A stretch of DNA of 44,436 nt from the NCBI GenBank assembly GCA_017881505.1, contig JADGQW010000002.1, positions 1-44,436 on the forward strand. Direction: 5' to 3'. The notes beneath the pieces were generated by a model. That model was given only the letters and a program-made list of their open reading frames with translations. It made no database searches and was not told where the DNA came from. The stretch comes from Gemmatimonadales bacterium (GTDB taxonomy: Bacteria; Gemmatimonadota; Gemmatimonadetes; Gemmatimonadales; JACORV01). Both the position numbers and the translations under genes were made by a program. This document shows positions 10,327-19,418 of the stretch, piece after piece (the first letter of the stretch is position 1; the number at the start of each line of letters is the position of its first letter).

Positions 10327-11933
10327 GGCTGCCGTCCCATGCGGGCGGCCGTCGGCGTGGCCGGTGGCGTGGCCCAGAGGTATTCGTCGGTCATCTCGCC
10401 GGAGTACCGCCCGGCGAAGGTCTCGCGGAGGCCGGCGCGCGAGAGGAGCACCGCGCCGAAGCCGGTGGTCGCGGCCAGCCAGGTCACGATGACGGCCGCG
10501 AGCTTGAGGAGGAACACCACCGGTCCGAGCCAGCCGAAGAGCGCGGCCGCCGCCCACAGACCCAACAGGCCGACGAGGCCGGAGAAGATGTAGCCGTACG
10601 AATTGGGGCTGCGCACGAACGCGCCGTTCGCCATCCGCCGGCGCGTCACCGTCTCGCCGATGGCGTGGGCGACGGCGATGTAGCCGCCGAGCACGGCCAG
10701 GGCCGCGCCCAGGACGTACGCCAGGATCGCGAACGGCAGGACCAGGATCCCCACGATGGTGAGCACCAGGCCGACGATCATCATCGCGAAGGCGGGGAGC
10801 AGGAGCAGCTGGCCGAGGAGCCCGACCACGAACGCGCGCCCGAAGGAGTGCGACGCCGTGTCGGCCACGACCTCCACGTGCCGCCGGCCGAAGAAGACGG
10901 TTCCGAACCCGACCATCGCGAGGGCGATGAACACTGCCACCACCGTCCCGACGTCGGTGACCAGGAGATCGAAGGCGGAGCGCGCTTCCTCCCGCCGCTC
11001 GGCCGCCGCCACCGCCTTGCCGAGCCCCGAGAGGCTCTTGATCTCGCCGCGGATCGTGCCGCCCGCCTCCACGACGTGGCCGCCCACGGAGACCGCGTTG
11101 CCCTCGATCAGCCCGCCGTCGTGACAGATCACGTTGCCGAGCAGCGCGACGACGTTCCCTTCCACGGTGCCGTAGACGTCGACGTTGCCGCGGAAGACGA
11201 CGAGGCTTCCGGCGACGCGCTCGCCGGCGGGGACCGCCACATGACCGAGCCGGAGGGGACTGGTCCGCACCGACACCGCGACGTCGGGGCCGATGTCCGG
11301 CACCGCGCGCAGCTGCACCTCGAGGCTGTCGAGCGCGGCGATGTCGGCGAGGGTCAGCGCTCGGCCCCCGGAGTCCGCGCTGCCCGCCACGGCGCTCGTG
11401 GAAACGCCGATGCGCTGCGCCGCGGCCGACGCCGCGAGCGCTGCGGCGGCCGGGGCTTCGGCGGTGAGGTTGCGGAAGGCCGCGTCGAGGCGCCGCTCGG
11501 CGGCGAGCTCGTCGCCGGAGAGCCCCGCTACCTTGAACGCCCGGAGGCCGGCCAGTACGCCCCGGGTGTCCTTGGCGGCGGCGTCGGCGAGCGCCTGCCG
11601 CCAGGCGCGGTCGAGCGCACCTCCCTGGCGGTAGCGCGCCACGGCGGTCCCGTTCACGAGCAGCTCGCCGGAGCGCAGCGAGACGACGCGCGTCGTGCCG
11701 TCAGCCAGCTCGAATTCCACCACCGCTTCGCGGGGGCTGAGGGAGACGGCGTGGGAGACGACCGCGGTGTCGCGGTCGAGGCCGAGCGCGTGGCGGACGA
11801 AGTGGACCCCGTCGCTCAGGATGCTGCGGGCTTCGTCGGCGGCGTGGCCGATGTCCCGCGCCTGCGCGGGGGCGGCGCAGGCCGCCAGCGCCGCCGCGAG
11901 GAGGAGGCTAGAACGTGCGCGCGATCGGAACAC
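10323..11933 (-). CDS. membrane protein with signal peptide, bactofilin-like beta-helix repeats and a C-terminal polytopic TM domain
   Basis: The start is GTG. The signal peptide is FRSRARSSLLLAAALAACAAPAQA. The repeat block is VVFRGNVDVYGTVEGNVVALLGNVICHDGGLIEGNAVSVGGHVVEAGGTIRGEI, followed by 4-5 hydrophobic helices. Confidence 0.65.
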   Translation of the reverse strand: MFRSRARSSLLLAAALAACAAPAQARDIGHAADEARSILSDGVHFVRHALGLDRDTAVVSHAVSLSPREAVVEFELADGTTRVVSLRSGELLVNGTAVARYRQGGALDRAWRQALADAAAKDTRGVLAGLRAFKVAGLSGDELAAERRLDAAFRNLTAEAPAAAALAASAAAQRIGVSTSAVAGSADSGGRALTLADIAALDSLEVQLRAVPDIGPDVAVSVRTSPLRLGHVAVPAGERVAGSLVVFRGNVDVYGTVEGNVVALLGNVICHDGGLIEGNAVSVGGHVVEAGGTIRGEIKSLSGLGKAVAAAERREEARSAFDLLVTDVGTVVAVFIALAMVGFGTVFFGRRHVEVVADTASHSFGRAFVVGLLGQLLLLPAFAMMIVGLVLTIVGILVLPFAILAYVLGAALAVLGGYIAVAHAIGETVTRRRMANGAFVRSPNSYGYIFSGLVGLLGLWAAAALFGWLGPVVFLLKLAAVIVTWLAATTGFGAVLLSRAGLRETFAGRYSGEMTDEYLWATPPATPTAARMGRQP

Positions 11934-12429
11934 GCTTCCCCCCCGGGGTCTTCATCAGGTGGTGAAGCGCCACGCCGGCTGCGGCGTAGCTGGCGGAGAG
12001 GAGCGCCAGGACCGGCACCAGGTGCTCGCGGAGGAGCGGGGCGGAGCGAAGCGCGCCCCACGGCCGGGAGCTCCAGATCCAACCGGCCAGCGCCATCCCG
12101 AACTCGCGCGCCGCGGCGAGCGCCTTGTCGGCTGCCAACCCGGCGCCATACGAGAGGGACGCGCTGTGCTGAGCGACCCAGGGCGCCGCGATCCCGAGCG
12201 CGATGACTGCGCACGCGGCGTAGGCGCTGGCGAGCGCCAGGACCCGGCGCGGCTGCAGCACCCAGTCGCGGGTGCGCCGCAGGGCGACGACGGCCTTGGG
12301 CTCCGGCAGGCGGACCTGGGCCATGACGCGATGGCCGAACGCTCGCGACGGCTCGAACGCGGGCAGGCGCGACAACTCCCGGACGATGAAAGCGTCCAGG
12401 TCATTGTGTTCCAAGTGCTTATCCGTCAC
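11908..12429 (-). CDS. putative membrane anti-sigma factor (assigned by position)
   Basis: It lies directly downstream of the ECF sigma gene. The GTG at 12429 sits 7 nt after a GGAGG Shine-Dalgarno sequence (12437-12441). The product has a short cytoplasmic N-part and hydrophobic segments, with no zinc-binding HxxxCxxC motif. Confidence 0.5.
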   Translation of the reverse strand: MTDKHLEHNDLDAFIVRELSRLPAFEPSRAFGHRVMAQVRLPEPKAVVALRRTRDWVLQPRRVLALASAYAACAVIALGIAAPWVAQHSASLSYGAGLAADKALAAAREFGMALAGWIWSSRPWGALRSAPLLREHLVPVLALLSASYAAAGVALHHLMKTPGGKRVPIARTF

Positions 12430-12478
12430 ACCCCTACCTCCTGACTGGTGGCCTTACGCAGCCCGTTGGGGCCAGGTT

Positions 12479-13084
12479 TCAATCGTCCTTCAAGTGGTCC
12501 AACGACTCCCGCAACTCGAGCCGGGCCCGGTGGATGTAGGTCTTCACGGTGCCCAGGGGCAGGTCGAGGGTCTCGGCGATCTCCTCGTACGCCCGCCCCT
12601 CGACGTGCCGCAGGAGGATGCAGGCCCGGTACTCGGGCCGCAGCTTCGCGATGGCCTGCTCGATGGCCGAACCCAGCTCCTTGGACTCCAGGTCCGCGAG
12701 GGGGCTCGGCCCCCGGTCGGCCGCCTGGACGGCGGTCGCCTCGATCTCCTCGGCGGTCCGCGCGCCGGGGGCACCGTCGAGGGAGAGGGTGTCCACCTCG
12801 CGCCGCCGCAGGTGGTCGATGGCGGCGTTGTTTGCGATCTTGAAGATCCACGAGGAGAACTTGTACTCGGGGCGGTACGACTCGAGGGCGTTGAGGACCT
12901 TGATGAAGGTCTCCTGCGCGAGATCCTCGGCGGCGGCACGGTCCCGCACCATCCGGTAGATGAGCGAAAAGACGGGCCGCTCGTACCGGCGCAGGAGCTC
13001 CCGGTACCCGGTCTCCCTGCCAGCGCGAGCCAGCGCCACGACCTCCTGGTCGCTGAGCGACGGAAGGTCTTTCGCCGTCGGCAT
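12479..13084 (-). CDS. ECF (sigma-70 group 4) RNA polymerase sigma factor
   Basis: Region 2 reads YRELLRRYERPVFSLIYRMVRDRAAAEDLAQETFIKV. Region 4 reads ILLRHVEGRAYEEIAETLDLPLGTVKTYIHRAR. Confidence 0.9.
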   Translation of the reverse strand: MPTAKDLPSLSDQEVVALARAGRETGYRELLRRYERPVFSLIYRMVRDRAAAEDLAQETFIKVLNALESYRPEYKFSSWIFKIANNAAIDHLRRREVDTLSLDGAPGARTAEEIEATAVQAADRGPSPLADLESKELGSAIEQAIAKLRPEYRACILLRHVEGRAYEEIAETLDLPLGTVKTYIHRARLELRESLDHLKDD

Positions 13085-13092
13085 GCGGCGGG

Positions 13093-13099
13093 TAATCTA
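13093..13099. promoter_or_regulatory. shared back-to-back -10 element (TAATCTA) for divergent sigma and ubiE/menG promoters
   Basis: The plus strand reads TAATCT at 13093-13098, 5 nt before GTG 13104. The minus strand reads TAGATT at 13099-13094, 9 nt before the sigma ATG at 13084. No Shine-Dalgarno sequence is seen on either side. Confidence 0.3.
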
Positions 13100-13103
13100 C
13101 GCT

Positions 13104-13855
13104 GTGAATGCCGCCGTGCCTCCCACCCCATCCGTGAACACCGCCTCACCGGGGGCGAGCGCGTCCCCCGCCGAGAAGCGCCGTTACGTGCGCGAGATGT
13201 TCTCGGCCATCGCGCCCACCTACGACCTGCTGAACCACGCGCTGTCGCTGAACGTGGACCGGGGCTGGCGCCTGCGGGCCCTGGGCCGCCTCGGCTGGGA
13301 GGCGCGGCCCGACGGCCGGTTCCTCGATGCGTGCGCCGGGACGCTCGACTTCGGCGCGACCCTCCTCCAGCGGCCGGGGTTCCGGGGGCAGGTGGTGGGG
13401 GCCGACTTCGCGATCCCGATGCTCCGCCTCGGGGCGGGGAAGGCCGGGGGGCGGGTGCTCCGCGCGGGCTCGGACGCGCTGCAGCTCCCCTTCGCCGACG
13501 GTACCTTCGACGGGGCGTTCGTCGGGTTCGGGGTGCGGAACTTGTCGGACCTCGACGCGGGGCTGCGGGAGCTCCGGCGCGTGCTCCGGGACGGCGCGCG
13601 GCTCGTGGTCCTCGACTTCACGACGCCGGAGTTCGCGCCCCTGCGAGCGCTCTACCTGCTTTATTTCCGGCGCGTGCTGCCGCTCGTGGGGCGGCTGGTG
13701 TCGGGGCACCCGACGGCGTATGCGTACCTGCCCGCGTCGGTGATGGGGTTCCCCGCACCCGCGGCGCTCGCCGCGCGGATGGAGGGGGCGGGGTTCCGCG
13801 AGTGCGGCTGGCGTCTCCTGACCGGCGGCATCGCCGCCGTGCACTGGGGTGAGCG

Positions 13856-13859
<4 letters not shown>
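13104..13859 (+). CDS. ubiE: demethylmenaquinone / ubiquinone C-methyltransferase (UbiE/MenG family)
   Basis: Family-typical motifs are VREMFSAIAPTYDLLNHALSL, the SAM-binding LDACAGT and FGVRNL. The start is uncertain. In-frame candidates are ATG 13083, which would overlap the divergent sigma start, GTG 13104 and GTG 13134. Confidence 0.85.
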
Positions 13860-15333
<1,474 letters not shown>

Positions 15334-15337
<4 letters not shown>

Positions 15338-16233
15338 CCGTGGGGGTGGATGGACAGGTCCTCCGGGGCGGCTCCCGCCTCGTGGCGTACGCCAACTTCG
15401 TGAAGGTGGCGCACACCGTCTTCGCCCTGCCGTTCACCGTGGTCGGCCTCGTCAGCGCGTCGCGGGTGCACCCCCTGTCGGTACGCGTCGCTCTCCTGGC
15501 GGTGGTGGCGTTCGGGGCGGCGCGGTTCGCGGCCATGGGCTTCAACCGCATCGCCGACGTGCGTCTCGACGCCGCGAACCCGCGCACCGTGGGACGCGAA
15601 CTGCCGGCGGGCCGGATGTCGCTCACGGAGGCGTGGGCGCTCGTCGTCCTGATGGGCGCGGTGTTCGTCACCGCATCGAAGCTCCTCAATCCACTCTGCT
15701 TCGCCCTGTCGCCCGTCGCGCTGGCGTGGGTCCTCGGCTACTCCTACGCGAAACGGTTCACGGCGCTCTCGCACCTGTGGCTCGGGCTCGGGATGGCGAT
15801 CGCGCCGGTGGGTGGCTACTTGGCGGTGACGGGCGCGTGGATGACGCCGTGGTGGGGATTGGCGCTCCTCGCGGCGGTGGTGACGTGCTGGGGGGGCGGC
15901 TTCGACGTCATCTACTCGCTGCAGGACGAGGCGTTCGACCGGGCGCACGGGCTCCGCTCCCTCACGGTCGCGCTCGGGCCGGCGCGGGCGATCCTGACCT
16001 CGCGCGCCCTGCACGTCGCGGCGGTGGCCGCGTTGGTCGGGTTCGGGCTGGTGGCGCCGTTCGGCGCGCCCTTCTTCCTCGGTGTCGCGCTCGCGGCAGC
16101 GCTCCTGGTGTGGGAGCACCGGCTGGTCGTGCCCGGGGACTACCGGCGCCTGGACGCCGCCTTCTTCGCGATGAACGGCATCATCTCGGCGGTCGTGATG
16201 GCGGGCGCGGTGGCCGACGCGCTGCTCCGGTGA
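15334..16233 (+). CDS. UbiA-family aromatic polyprenyltransferase
   Basis: The GTG overlaps the UbiD stop (GTGA). The Asp-rich motif is NRIADVRLDAANPRTVGRELPAG, a second motif is YSLQDEAFD, and there are 8-9 TM segments. Confidence 0.85.
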
Positions 16234-16427
16234 GCGATCCCCGCCCGGGCGCGCCCGAGCCGACGGGGCCGGCGCCCTACCCGTCGCATCCGCCGGCGCC
16301 GCATCACGTGCCCGTGCCGAATCACCCTGGAGTGCCGCCGTTTCCGAAGCGGCAGCCGCGGCCCGTGCCGCCCCGTCAGCCGCCGCATCCCGTGCGCCAC
16401 CCGACACCGAACCGGAGAGGGCGATGA
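16230..16427 (+). CDS. speculative 65-codon Pro/His-rich small ORF between the ubiA-like and ubiX genes
   Basis: The GTG at 16230 overlaps the UbiA TGA, and the TGA at 16425-16427 overlaps the ubiX ATG. The peptide is VSDPRPGAPEPTGPAPYPSHPPAPHHVPVPNHPGVPPFPKRQPRPVPPRQPPHPVRHPTPNRRGR. Hand-counted GC by codon position is about 85/68/82%, which is not decisive. Confidence 0.25.
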   Translation: MSDPRPGAPEPTGPAPYPSHPPAPHHVPVPNHPGVPPFPKRQPRPVPPRQPPHPVRHPTPNRRGR

Positions 16428-17023
16428 CGCAGCCGCTCGTGTTCGCGATCACCGGGGCCTCCGGTGCACCGTACGCCGTCCGGCTCCTCGAGGTGCTCGC
16501 GCGGGAGCGGGTGCCGGTCTGGCTCCTCGTCTCGGCCCACGGCCTGCGCCTCCTGAAGGACGAGTGCGGCATCGCGTCGCTGGCCCAGCTCGAGCGGCGT
16601 ACCGGGCCGTGGAAGACCGTCGAGGCGTTCGACGACGGCGACCGCGGGGGCCGGCCCGCCTCGGGCTCGGCGAAGACCGCCGGGATGGTGGTGTGCCCCT
16701 GCTCGATGGCCACCCTCGCCGCGATCGCGCACGGCACCAGCAGGAGCCTCATCGAGCGCGCCGCGGACGTGACGCTGAAGGAGCGGCGCCGCCTCGTGCT
16801 GGTCCCGCGGGAGACGCCCCTCTCCCTGATCCACCTGCGGAACATGGTGGCGGTGGCGGAGGCGGGCGCGACGGTGATCCCGGCGGCGCCGGGGTTCTAC
16901 CACCGCCCGACGCGGGTGGAGGAGCTGGTGGACTTCGTGGTGCAGCGGGTGCTCGACCAGCTCGGCGTCGAGGTCGAGCTGGCGCCGCGGTGGTCGGGGA
17001 AGGTGCGGGCGCGCCGCCGGTGA
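16424..17023 (+). CDS. ubiX: flavin prenyltransferase UbiX
   Basis: Motifs seen are FAITGASGAPYAVRLLEVL and MVVCPCSMATLAAIAHG. The length is about 199 aa. Confidence 0.9.
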   Translation: MTQPLVFAITGASGAPYAVRLLEVLARERVPVWLLVSAHGLRLLKDECGIASLAQLERRTGPWKTVEAFDDGDRGGRPASGSAKTAGMVVCPCSMATLAAIAHGTSRSLIERAADVTLKERRRLVLVPRETPLSLIHLRNMVAVAEAGATVIPAAPGFYHRPTRVEELVDFVVQRVLDQLGVEVELAPRWSGKVRARRR

Positions 17024-17499
17024 GGCTCGGGATCATCGCCGACACGCACGGCCAGCTCCGCTCCGGGGTGCTGGAGGTGTTCGCGCAGGTGGACCGGATC
17101 CTCCACGCCGGCGACGTGGGCGATCCCGCGATCCTCGATCGGCTCGCGACGCTGGCGCCGGTGACGGCGGTGTTCGGCAACGTGGACGGAGGGACGCTGC
17201 GGGCGAAGCTGCCGCGGGTCGCGGAGGTGAAGATCGACGGCTTCGTCTTTGTGGTGACCCACGGCGACCAATTCGGCTCGCCGAAGCCGCAGGCGCTGAA
17301 GGATGCCTTCCCGCACGCGGACGTGATCGTCTACGGGCACTCCCACCGGCCGCTGATCCACGCCTTCGACGACTTCTCGGTGGCGCTGAACCCCGGCGCG
17401 GCGGGGCCCGCGCGCTTCGACCTCACGCCCTCCGTGGCCATCATGGAGACTGAGCCGGGGATCCCTCCCCGGGCACGCATCGTCCCGCTCAGGTCCTAG
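17020..17499 (+). CDS. YfcE/MJ0936-family metallophosphoesterase
   Basis: The GTG overlaps the ubiX stop. Metallophosphoesterase motifs are ADTHG, HAGD, GNVD, THGD and GHSH. Confidence 0.85.
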   Translation: MRLGIIADTHGQLRSGVLEVFAQVDRILHAGDVGDPAILDRLATLAPVTAVFGNVDGGTLRAKLPRVAEVKIDGFVFVVTHGDQFGSPKPQALKDAFPHADVIVYGHSHRPLIHAFDDFSVALNPGAAGPARFDLTPSVAIMETEPGIPPRARIVPLRS

Positions 17500-18611
17500 C
17501 GCGCCAGCCAGTCGACGTAGGGGCTCGTCGCCTCGAACGCCTCGGGATGCTGCCGGAACCAGCTCGTGACGAGGAGGACGTGGTCCATCTCCGCGGCGGA
17601 GCGCGCCACGAGCGCGGGCGCGGGGACGTCGGCGTGGCGCTCCACGGCCGCGGCGAAGGCCAGACGCTCGATCGGGGTGCGGGGGAGTGCGGCTTCGGCG
17701 AGGACGAGGCCGCGGCGGATCAGGTAGACGCGGTCGTCGCGGTGGCCCGTGAGGTCTTTCACGAGGTACACGAAGCTCAGCGCCTCGAGGGCCGAGGCGA
17801 GCCGCGCCACGGCGCCGAAGAGCCACTCGAGCGCCTCGAACTTCTCCCGCCACACCGCCGCGCGCTCGAAGTCCCGGCGCTCCGCCGCATCCGCCATCAC
17901 GTCGAGCACCCTCGCGAGCGGCTCCGCCGAGCGTCCCTCCAGGAAGTCCACGCCGGCGCCCATGGCCGTGCCGTACCGCGCGCCCGAACAACGCGCCGCG
18001 CAGGGGCCGAGGCACGTACCGAGGTCGTGGCGGATGCAGCGCGGCGCGAGGGGCGCGTCGAAGAGGTCCGCCTGGTCGGCGAAGAGCATCGGGACGTCCT
18101 GGGCGCAGTCGCGCAGGCCGAGGACGTCGTTGAGCACGCGGAGCGCGGCGGCCGCGCGGCTGCTCCCGCGGAACGGCCCGTAGTAGGCGGCGTCGGGGTC
18201 CGTGGTCTTGGCGGTGAGGCGGAGCTTCGGCGCGGCGCCGCCGGTTCGCTTGACGAAAAGCGTGCGCCGCCCCGTCCGGTTGCCGTGCACGTTCTGGAAG
18301 GGGCGGAGGCGCTTGATGAGCCGAAGCTCCTCGAGCAGCGCCGCGAACTCGCTCGGTACGTAGCGCCAGCGGATCGCGGTCGTGGAGCGGATGAGCCGGG
18401 CGCTCTTCGCCTCGGGCCAGGGCGCCGTGAAGTAGGAGAGGAGCCGCCCCCGCAGGCTCTTCGCCTTCCCGACGTAGAAGACCGCGCCGCCGTCGTCGAG
18501 GAACTCGTAGATGGCCGGACGCCGCTCGGCGTTGGCCCGGACGTGCTCGCGCAAGCCGTCGAGGGTCGCGGGGTTCCGCGTCGCCCGCCCGAGCGCTAGG
18601 ACTGGCACCAC
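17496..18611 (-). CDS. UvrC N-terminal-half homologue (GIY-YIG nuclease plus UVR-like motif, Cho-like)
   Basis: The GIY-YIG motif reads IYEFLDDGGAVFYVGKAKSLRGRL. The Cys cluster is C-x7-C-x3-C (CIRHDLGTCLGPC) and the UVR-like helix is RRDFERAAVWREKFEAL. No RNase H-like or HhH C-terminal half is present. The GTG start at 18611 or 18608 overlaps the end of mutM. Confidence 0.7.
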   Translation of the reverse strand: MVPVLALGRATRNPATLDGLREHVRANAERRPAIYEFLDDGGAVFYVGKAKSLRGRLLSYFTAPWPEAKSARLIRSTTAIRWRYVPSEFAALLEELRLIKRLRPFQNVHGNRTGRRTLFVKRTGGAAPKLRLTAKTTDPDAAYYGPFRGSSRAAAALRVLNDVLGLRDCAQDVPMLFADQADLFDAPLAPRCIRHDLGTCLGPCAARCSGARYGTAMGAGVDFLEGRSAEPLARVLDVMADAAERRDFERAAVWREKFEALEWLFGAVARLASALEALSFVYLVKDLTGHRDDRVYLIRRGLVLAEAALPRTPIERLAFAAAVERHADVPAPALVARSAAEMDHVLLVTSWFRQHPEAFEATSPYVDWLAR

Positions 18612-19414
18612 GGGCAGAAGTAGGTGGCACGCCCGTCGATGGCGTGGGTGAGCGCGACGTGACGTCCGCACCGGAGACACGGCTCGCCCGCGCGGCCGTA
18701 GACGGCGAGGCGGCTCTGGAACCCGCCCGCGCCGCCCGTGCCGGTGCGGTAGTCGCGCACGGTCGTGCCGCGTCCCGCTACCGCGCGGCGGAGCACGTCC
18801 CGGACGGCGCGATGCAGGCGCGCGAACTCCGGCGCGCGGAGCCCCGCGACCGGCCGCGAGGGATCGATGCGCGCGATCCACAGCGCCTCGTTCGCGTAGA
18901 TGTTCCCCACGCCCGCGACGCGCCGCTGGTCCATCAGAGCCTTCTTCACCGCGAGCCGTCCGCCGCCGAGGGCCCGGCCGAACCGCGCGGCGGTGAAGCC
19001 GGATGCGAGCGGCTCCGGTCCGATGCGGGCGGTGTAGGCCGCCCAGCTCTCGGGCGGGAGGAGGAGGATGACGCCGAGGCGGCGCACGTCGCGGTAGACG
19101 AGGTGTCGCCCGCCGTCCAGGAGGACGTCGAGCACGGCGTAGGGATCCGGTCGCTGGCGCCGCGCGATGGTAAGGGAGCCGGTCATCCGGGGCTGGATGA
19201 CGAGCCGAAGGCCGTCGTCGAGGAGGAGGACGAGGTGCTTCGCGCGGCGGGCGACCTCGGCGATGCGGCGGCCCGCAAGGGCGCGGGCGAAGGCCGCGGG
19301 CTTCGCGTTCCGGAGGACGTCGGACTTGTGGATGCGGACGGCGCCGATGCGGGCGCCGGTCAGGTGGGGGCGGAGGTCCCGCGCGATGGTCTCGACCTCG
19401 GGGAGCTCCGGCAC
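18596..19414 (-). CDS. mutM: formamidopyrimidine-DNA glycosylase
   Basis: The N-terminus is MPELPEVE. An H2TH region is present, and the C-terminal zinc finger is CLRCG...YFCPWCQ. Confidence 0.93.
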   Translation of the reverse strand: MPELPEVETIARDLRPHLTGARIGAVRIHKSDVLRNAKPAAFARALAGRRIAEVARRAKHLVLLLDDGLRLVIQPRMTGSLTIARRQRPDPYAVLDVLLDGGRHLVYRDVRRLGVILLLPPESWAAYTARIGPEPLASGFTAARFGRALGGGRLAVKKALMDQRRVAGVGNIYANEALWIARIDPSRPVAGLRAPEFARLHRAVRDVLRRAVAGRGTTVRDYRTGTGGAGGFQSRLAVYGRAGEPCLRCGRHVALTHAIDGRATYFCPWCQS

Positions 19415-19418
19415 GGCG

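Noticed and set aside
13083-13085. ATG 13083 as the start of the UbiE/MenG methyltransferase.
   Set aside because: It would place two divergent start codons head to head in a GCATGC palindrome with zero promoter space. GTG 13104 is preceded by a -10-like TAATCT at the recurrent 5-nt distance, and the family-conserved region only begins near residue 20 or later. This question is still open.
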